A DNA stretch of 64,000 nt from the human T2T-CHM13v2.0 reference genome, Homo sapiens. Every line of letters starts with the position of its first letter. Position 1 is the stretch's first letter. Position numbers and translations under genes: made by a program. Of the stretch, positions 54,285 to 64,000 are shown one piece after another. Location of the stretch: the NCBI RefSeq assembly GCF_009914755.1, contig NC_060942.1. One strand, written 5' to 3'. The notes under the pieces were generated by a model. That model searched no databases. It was not told the DNA's origin and was given only the letters and a program-made list of their open reading frames with translations.

Positions 54285-54366
54285 CTTCGCCTAATGGCAG
54301 AATCCAGAACCCAGGGTATATTTGTAGCTCCCAGAACCAAAATTCCATCATTGTCTACACCAACCC
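54285..54366 (-). CDS. VPS4B: VPS4B exon 8 (82 bp), sensor 1 / arginine finger
   Basis: atgcag|GG...AG|gtagga; [26 protein letters not shown]. Confidence 0.96.
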
Positions 54367-54821
54367 CTGCATTAAAATAGGTAATGCTTTAATTAATTTG
54401 TCATTTTGGTGTTCTTTAAACTTCTTCCATATATTCTGTTAAGAAATGTGGTGCTTTACCATTAAAGTGCTTCATCTTGAGAGTCTGTCTTTGGAAAAGA
54501 ACTGTATTTAATCAAATATCACCTTACGGCAATATGATCCAAATACACTATGATGCAATATGATGCAAATATATGAATCAAATCTCCCAGATTGTGGAAA
54601 ATACTATTAACATTCGTTTCAAAATATTTCTTGAAAAATTTCATTCGAAGTCTACATATTACTTTTACTGAAGTTGTTCCTGGTACATTATAAATGAATA
54701 CATTAAATCTCTTTTCTATTTATGTCAGTGAGTCCTACAAGATAATTACCATTGAGTAAAAATTACGTATGCATATGGAAGACAATTGGAATGAAACATG
54801 GCAAAATGAAACAGTTTGTTA

Positions 54822-55259
<438 letters not shown>

Positions 55260-55588
55260 TTAAGTCTCTAAAAAATAGTAAAAGATTAAAACAAAGTAAT
55301 ATATCAATATTACAAGAACTCTGTAGATTAAAAAGCCTAATCATGTTTCAGGTACAGAAAATAAGAATGCTACAACTGGATAATTCACTTTATGATTTAC
55401 TAGGTTGTAGATATATGCTATCTTTTCCCACAAAAGAAATTCTAGATTAGAGACTGATTTGACAGAGAAGTGAGTACCTGTATTACATGACTTCTCTGAA
55501 TATCTATAAGTGATGTAAGAAATCTATTAAGGAGTGATACAGTAATTACAGGCAAAGAAAAAACTTTAAAAAATTGATTTACTACTTA

Positions 55589-55753
<165 letters not shown>

Positions 55754-56292
55754 TTAGATTTAGAAAAACGTCATGAGAATTTTAACACTTAATTGTATCA
55801 TCTATACTGAGGAATACTCTGGAAAGATTTTCACTCTAAACCTCTAAGGATCAAAACAATATTTTAAAAATAAATCAATCTAAGGTATGTCTTAAATATA
55901 TTTTGTTTCTTCTAGAGACTACTTTATCAAAAAGAGACTTGCATAACATAAGCCTTCTAACAGGAAGTACATTTGTTTGCTCATTCATTCAACCAATATG
56001 TATCAAAACCGTAACATGTGCACAGGCAAAAGGATTTCTGCCCTGCATGGAGTCTAGTAGGGGAAAAGAGTTCAGTTAAAAGGTACTTTCTGATCATCTA
56101 CTGTGTACACTGCTTGATACCAGAATATTGTACAAAAATTATATCCATAAAAAATGGGCAGCTGGAAGAGATTTTCTTTGAATATTTATGCTCTTTGGAA
56201 AAGTGAACCTAACAAAGTTTGGATGACTTGTGAGTTTCTGCTGAATTCTTGATTCCACAGGAAAGCACAGGTTAGTGTTATAGGTAGCAGAC

Positions 56293-56535
<243 letters not shown>

Positions 56536-56752
56536 ATCTGCCCACCTCAGCCTCCAGCTAGGTAGCAGACTTTCATGGTTGGGTAACAAAAAGGTGATAC
56601 TACTTTAAATCCTAGTTTTGCCAAAATATAACCAGTGAATACATCAACTCTTCGAGCCTCAATTTTGCTAATGAGCAATTATAATCCTGCCTAAAATAAA
56701 ACAGGTGGGTTACAGCTGGCAGTAAACTATCAAACATACATTTAAAAAACTA

Positions 56753-57074
<322 letters not shown>

Positions 57075-58748
57075 CTAGGTGCAAACTATGGATGTGTACA
57101 CAGTATCTGCAAAAGAATGATATGCAGATGAATAACACTGTTTCACTTAACTGTTACGAAAGCAACTGTTACTTGAATTTCATTTTCCTATTTTACATGT
57201 ATACATTTACAAGTCAGTGTCTGAGTATGGTACATATACCACTGGTATAACATGAAGTACTTTTAGGTGGTATATACTTTAAATAATTTTTTAATGTGTA
57301 TTGGAAAAACACTTTTTTTTCACTTATAAAGGCACAAAGCAGTCTTTTCAATAACGTTACTAAGTAAAAATATGTGAGATGATTTAAAGTTCAAATACAG
57401 GCAAAATAATCTCTGGCGTTAGAAGTCGAGAGAGAGAGATGACCTCTCGGGAGGAATGAGGCAGAAGGCTCCTGCCAGGTCCCTGGCAATGCTGTTATTT
57501 CTGGATCTGGTTGATGACACTGGCATGCTTGCTTTGTGACAATTAAGGAAGCCCAACACCCAGGGGCTCCTGTATGTCTCTGTATATTTATGCTATACTC
57601 TAGTAAAAATGTTGTTCTAAAAAATAAGCAAAGAAAAATATTAAAAATTAGTAATGGTACACATACATGGAAAAATTCATGAAGATGATACATCAATGAG
57701 TCATGTTTGAGAAAAAGTGGTATAAGTAATATACCATAAAATGAGTTCAACCATATTTTTGTGCTTGTATAGGATTATGATGTCAACTTTTATGCTGTTA
57801 AGTTTCATACTCCTGAAGTTGGGTAGTAAACTGCACCTTGAAGCTAGGCGGACAGTGCGTGGCCTACAGGCTTTTTGCTCTTCATCACTGCTCTATACGA
57901 TACGACTGTCTGGACTCTTCAGTCTGAGGCCAACATTGCAGATTTGCTGTTGACATAAACCAACATGTTTGCAAAAGGAAAAACCTCTGACTGTCAGACT
58001 GTGGGTGTGGCCATATTACAGTCAAGGCTATCAGTCACAAGAAGGATAATATAAAGGAATGGTTTAGCACAGACATATCACTTACTGCTGGAACTAGAAC
58101 TTGTAAGTTTCCCCAGATGGTAGGTCAGCAATATTCTCTTCACAGTGATAATGAAATGTCCTTTTGCTACTAGAGGTTATGCACTTCCTCTGAAACTGTT
58201 AAGTGATTCTTACTCCTCTTTTTAAGAAATACTCTTTAAAAATCATAACCATTGCAAAAATTCAGATGAAAGTCAAAAGTAAAAATCTCCTATAATCTTA
58301 TCCCCTAGGCATATATTAATATTTCTATGTGAATCTAACTATACTTACTTCTCAGCATACACATTTAGCAAACATGGAATCATACTATTCAGTTTATAAC
58401 TGCTTTTTGATCTTTGCAATAGATGTGGACATTCTTCAATAAAATACAATGCAGATTTCAATTTATTAATGTAGATGTACACTCTATTTTACTGAGTGCA
58501 TAGTATTCCACTGCATGTTGGTGAATTACCCTACTGGTTGACATTTAGGTTGTTTTGCAATATATATACACTGCAAATATGGATATGTATAAGAAATAAA
58601 ACATCTTGTATAAAGATATATCACCACCTTTTAACAGTCACAATTTATTTAAGATAATTCATTAGTGACAAGAATGACAATGCTTCACCTCAGTCATCAA
58701 TGAACTTTTACAAACTCATGAAATAAAATTATTTAAAAGTTATGTCAC

Positions 58749-58868
58749 CTGTAAAAAGATGAGGAAATTTAATAGGCAGTATCACAGCCTCTTTCAGTGC
58801 TTCTTTGGCTCCTTCAAGTCCAGCAACGTCACTCCATTTCACATTTGGTCGTTCTATAACAATGGCAC
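58749..58868 (-). CDS. VPS4B: VPS4B exon 5 (120 bp)
   Basis: ttgcag|GT...ACA G|gtgaca; [39 protein letters not shown]. Confidence 0.96.
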
Positions 58869-60717
58869 CTGCAAAAAATTACGTTATCTTTAAATTAAGA
58901 AAGACTATTTCACCAAAGTTAGAAGACAACATGAAATAATGATGTTAAAGAAACGCATTATAAAATTGGGAAAGTTTTATGTACTAACAACCTTTTTGAA
59001 ATAGCGTGAGCAGGAAGCAGGTGTTAGGGAGTAGTCAATAGGACTAGGAACCAGGTGGATGACTAGACAACCTGGGGCATGTTACTTTACCCTTCTGTTT
59101 CAGCTTCCTCACTTGTGAAATGAAAATAATACCATCTGCCCAAACTACTTAGATAGGTTGGTGCGAAAATCAAATGACATAATGAATATTAGAGTGTTTG
59201 GAAAAGCACCAAACGTTCCATAAGGTGGTTATATTTGAATACATTGATTTTGGAGTATCAAAAGTACTTGTTCTACCATTTCTCCTGTTAACCAAAAGAA
59301 AAGGTGATCTAATCCTCTCCTCAACCACTGAAAAAAAAAATATGCTTAACAAATTTAACTCAAGATAGGCAGACAGACAGAAGGGAGAAGGAAAAGGAGA
59401 GAGGAAAGGAAGGAATGGAAGCAGATGATGGGAAACCGAGAAAAGATACCCCTGCAGATTTGCAATACTTTCCTAAGATTTGCCCAAGTTTCTATTTGGC
59501 TGCTAAATAGATCTATTTACAACTTTTGTTAATTAACAAAGTTAACTTACAGGGAAGATTTAGCTTCTGAATGCAGTATATTCAAAAGCCAAAGCAATTA
59601 TTGCAGTAAGAGTCCAAGAAGGATGTCTTTTAATATAGCCTACTGACAAATTTTCTAGTTCTCTTTTATCAAAAGCTTTTCTAATTTTCTAGAATATGGA
59701 AACTGTTCCACTATAAACTATGAAGCAGCCTGTTCTAAGATGACATGTAGTTAGTTGTTTTAAGTGTAACAGAACACCACCACTTATACAATCTATTACT
59801 TTATGAAATCACTGCTACTGATTGTTTCTTCTTGTTAGGAAAGATAATCTGTTACTCTAAGACTAGTTACTAGCAACTTACTTCCCTAAATTATGAAAAT
59901 CTTTAGCTACTAGATTAAAATTACATGAAACCATAAGCATTTTGTATTCCAAAAGTTCAGACTACTATAAAGTAAGAAAAAAGTAAATTCATTTCGTCTT
60001 TTTTATGTTTCATTAAGATTAGTAATCCTAGGATTTCATGTCAGTTAAACAAAAATAAACTTTATTTTATATATGTATACCGTCTGACTCAAGATTTCTG
60101 CTATAAATTTTAAAAATGTGTCATGATTTGTTTTCATATATAATACTTCTAAGTTAAAAGGTGACTTTGGAATGTTTACTGATAAACAATCTCATACTAG
60201 ACATGGTTTGCAAAATTAAAAAGGGGGGATGGGATTATGAAAAATGCTAACAAATGGAATGTACTTCCAATGATATAAATTTATCCGGTCTTTGACTATA
60301 CTATTTACTAGTATATTACTTAATCACAAAAAATTCACTGAATAAAATTAGCTAACAGAAAACTCAAATCACAAACCGATTTTTAATTTTAACAAATATA
60401 CACTTAATATCATAATCTAAAACAGAAGTAAAAGATTTAAAATACTGTTCAAAAAACAGGGAAAAATTAAAAAAAGATACAATAGTATGAAATCCAGCAG
60501 CAAACCATTAAAAAGTAGAAAAAAAAGGATATTCAAATATAAAAGGCTAGGACTCCTTTCATATTCTATTTCATCCTGAAATTTCAAATACATTTCCTCA
60601 TTTAAATGTTTTAAGTATTTGGTTTTTTTTCTCTTTTATTTGTTTGTTTTACATTTCTGGCCTTTATTGTAAGTGATAGGGAATTTAGAGAAATCCCTAT
60701 TAAAAACTGGTTGTATC

Positions 60718-61052
60718 GGCCAAGTGCGGTGGCTCACAATTGTAATCCCAGCTCTTTGGGAGGCTGAAGTGGGCAAATCACTTGAGCTCAGGAGTTCGAG
60801 AGCAGCCTGGGCAACATGGCCAAACCCCACCTCTACAAAAACAAACAAACAAACAAACAAACAAACAAAAAAAAAAACTTAGCCGGGCATGGTGGTGTGT
60901 GCCTGTGTTCCCAGCTACTCAGGAGGCTGAGGCAGGAGAATCCCTGGAACCCAGGAGTTCGAGGCTGCAGTAAGCCGTGATTGCGCCACTGCACTCCAGC
61001 CTGGGCAACACAGCGACACCCTTGTCTCAAAAAAACAAAAAAGAAAAAAAAA
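60718..61052 (+). mobile_element. Alu (J-like)
   Basis: Alu dimer with (AAAC)n linker. Confidence 0.88.
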
Positions 61053-61699
61053 ATGTATCTTTTCGAAAATTAAAGATATGAAACTGATTTTTACCTGGGG
61101 CAGGGTAGGGAGAGGGAAACAAAACCAAATCCAATAGAGCAGACAAAAAAAGTGTCTTGCTTTACAACTGGAATAAGGCCACTTGGCACAGACCCACTGG
61201 GTTACCCAATAAATGCCAACTGAGTGCGCAGTGTGTGCCAGTAGTTTCAGGTGGTGGGGACACCACTACGCTTGAGTGTAAACTCAAGATTTTGCCCTTG
61301 GACTATATCTACCACTGAAGTTCTTGGCATCTAAAGATGTTCTCTATTCATTACCTGGTCTGTTGTCAACATATTATCCTTACAGTGTTTTCCTAGACAT
61401 CCCAGTAGGGTAGGCAAGACAAAAATACTACCAAAACGAAGACACTAGTATAGCAAGGCTAAAAGTTTGGCTCAGGTAAGTATTTTCACTATTCAGTAAC
61501 CAAGGCTGAACCTATAAAATGGAAATCCTTCCCAGTTATGCATTCTATTTGGTAAGATTCAAATGAACAAAATACATACTACCAATGGGTGAGCAAAAAA
61601 TTCAATCTGAAAAATTGTTAGATAATTTATTTCGAAGAATAATCAAATCTCAGTGATTAACAAAGCCAGCCAACAAATAGATGCCTTTTTAGATAAACA

Positions 61700-61940
61700 G
61701 TGCTACCATTTATTGAGTCCCTAGACTTCGTCAGATATATGAGGTAGTTTTTACACTGTCATTAATCTTAAAAGCCCTGAAAGGAAGCTATTGCTCATTT
61801 CTATTTTAGAGATGGGGGACGCTGGTTCTGAGAGATTCAGTCACTTGCCCACAATTAGAAAGTTCTAAGTGGCAGACCCTTGAACAGAATCAAGATCTGA
61901 ATGGAGCCAAAAACCTATGTCCCCTCTGTTATGCCACTGT
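61700..61940 (-). mobile_element. MIR
   Basis: ctaccatttattgagt...attttagagatggg...cagtcacttgcccaca. Confidence 0.7.
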
Positions 61941-62473
61941 GCTACAGTAGAACAGAATGAAAGGGCTTTACAGGTGTGGATGGTAAACACAGAAAGCTTA
62001 AACAATTAAATGTAAACAGGAACACTGAAAAGCAGATGAAGAGCAGTTAAGAAACAAAATAAACCATCAATAAGTGAGCTACAGCAACGGCAATAAAAGC
62101 CACGTGTAAGTCCTAACTTCTCCCACAGTAGTAAATTTTAATACCATCAAATTTTGCAGTGTGCTAATAGTATAAGTGTTACCTTCTCTAAAAGGCAGCA
62201 AATAAACAAAAAGAAAGAGCAAGTTGACTGAGAGCCTTTTAAAGGCAGATGTGAAGCCAACAAAACTATTACATAAAAAAGACCAAACCATGATCCTAGA
62301 GGGCAAACCCTAAGAAAACACTCTAAACAAAGCCAGCACATGACTATTGGGAACCAAAGCCAGTTCTTAAACTTCATTTAAATATAGAGGGAGAACAAAA
62401 ACAATTCAAATAGACAATTCACTTTGAGTCTTTTTAATAGGATAGTAAATTTAAAAATGAAATCTAAAGCAAC

Positions 62474-62541
62474 CTTGAAGTTGATTCTGTAGTTTCTTTT
62501 TTTCAGGATCATCAGATTCTCCTTCCCCATCACTGTCATTC
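62474..62541 (-). CDS. VPS4B: VPS4B exon 4 (68 bp), MIT-AAA acidic linker
   Basis: tattag|G...CAA G|gttgct; [22 protein letters not shown]. Confidence 0.94.
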
Positions 62542-64000
62542 CTAATAAAAAGAATTTAATATATTCAAATGATCACTCATTGCTATCAAATAAGGCAAAA
62601 ATGAAGGAAAAATTAACCTGAAATATTTGTAATTTCAGTGGCAAAATCAGACATTTACATTAAAAGTTATGCTTACTTATTTTAAAGAATGTAGTAAATA
62701 AGAAGCAGTCACGTTATCATCAATAGAGAATCATGTAAAAGAAAGGGACAAAAAGACCAGAATGAAGTCAGGAACTAGCTCCAAATTCCCATGACATATT
62801 TAGGTATGTATTAATTCATAAATGCATGCCCCACACATCACTCCATGAAGGATTCAAGATGAATCACAGGAGAGCTGCAAACAACAACAGTAAAAACATC
62901 AGGACTGGGCAAGATATAAATTAGAACAAGAGGTCATATTAGGAGGAAAAAAATCTGGAACACTAAGGTACAAAGGTCTACAACCCTTAGTCTGGGGATT
63001 CCAAAGGACAGAGGAAGCTTCCTGATGACAATGAACTACACCCAAAGAACAAGTAGGTCGATCAAGGCATTTCATTCATATCTAGGGATTTATCTTGAGG
63101 AAATAATTTTAGACAAGTTCAAGCATTTGACCATAAGGATAATCACACCCACACTGTTTGCAAAAGGGGAAAAAGTAACTCATATTATAGGGACTAGCAT
63201 ATGACAGGATACATTGCAACATTTAAACGTGATGTAGAAATAGTTTATTGGAAAGATATTCCTGATACAATGTTAAGTATAAAAGTGATAAAGCCAAAAA
63301 TAAGGCATTATATCATTTTTAAAACAATAACATAAAGGGAGATAAAAGCATGACATGTTTTATGCCAAAATGGAATTGCCTTGGTTATCATAGGACGGTG
63401 GGGCTGTGGGTGAGGTAGACACTGCAAAAGATTCACATGACACTCACTCCAACCTCTTTCTATCATGCTGTCCAGTACTATAAAGGCTGTCCTTATTAAA
63501 AACAAACAAACAAAAAAAACCCTGCCGTTTCTCATCTCCCTTGTAGCTAGGGTTCCACATGAGACCTAAATTCTTCCAAGAAGGTGGGGGCTGCTCACAA
63601 GGAGACAGAATCTTCAGGCGAAGGCACTGGTTTTGCTGAGGGAGCTGCGCAGAGGATTTACTACCTGCTCCCAAGCACCATCAGTGCTTAGCAGAGGAGT
63701 TGGCAACAGTGGGATCCCTACTTGAACAACCCTGGTACTGTTGGCCATTTCTCCTGATTCCCTGGCCCCACTATTCTGTAAGGTAATACCCTATAATATA
63801 TCCCTTTTTGCTTAAATTAGCCAAAGTGGGTCCTACTGTAAACGAAGATTGCTGTTCAGTACAAAAGAAAAACTGGCATCGCCTTGTCAGGTAATCATCC
63901 CAGAAGAGATCCTTACAGGGTTTTCAAGCAAGAGAGAAGAGCTTCTATGGACAAGGGAAGAGAAGCTTCTGCTGTCAAGGGAGTCTCAGTGACAGCTGGA

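Overview
Primate (almost certainly human) genomic DNA, recognised from the proteins as the KDSR (FVT1) / VPS4B region of 18q21.33. Both genes are on the minus strand in tandem. VPS4B coding exons 4-11 and the 3'UTR span ~44235-62541 (exons 1-3 lie beyond the right edge). A ~22 kb, mostly transposon-derived intergenic stretch follows, then the KDSR CpG-island promoter and coding exons 1-6 (5902-22162; later exons lie beyond the left edge). All 14 exon boundaries were read from the sequence and are GT-AG. About 50 Alus plus L1, L2, MIR, LTR and DNA-transposon relics fill the introns and explain nearly all other ORFs in the track. I see no convincing new gene system. The most interesting observations are: a young L1HS-Ta insertion in sense orientation just upstream of KDSR exon 2; a ~98% identical 220-bp non-tandem duplication that appears to have been copied into an L2 element; an overlapping AP-1/ETS/STAT motif cluster and a MIR-born AP-1 site in KDSR intron 1; phase compatibility for an in-frame VPS4B-KDSR read-through; and an Alu whose TSD overlaps a VPS4B splice donor. 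Repeat boundaries and subfamily names are by eye and approximate.
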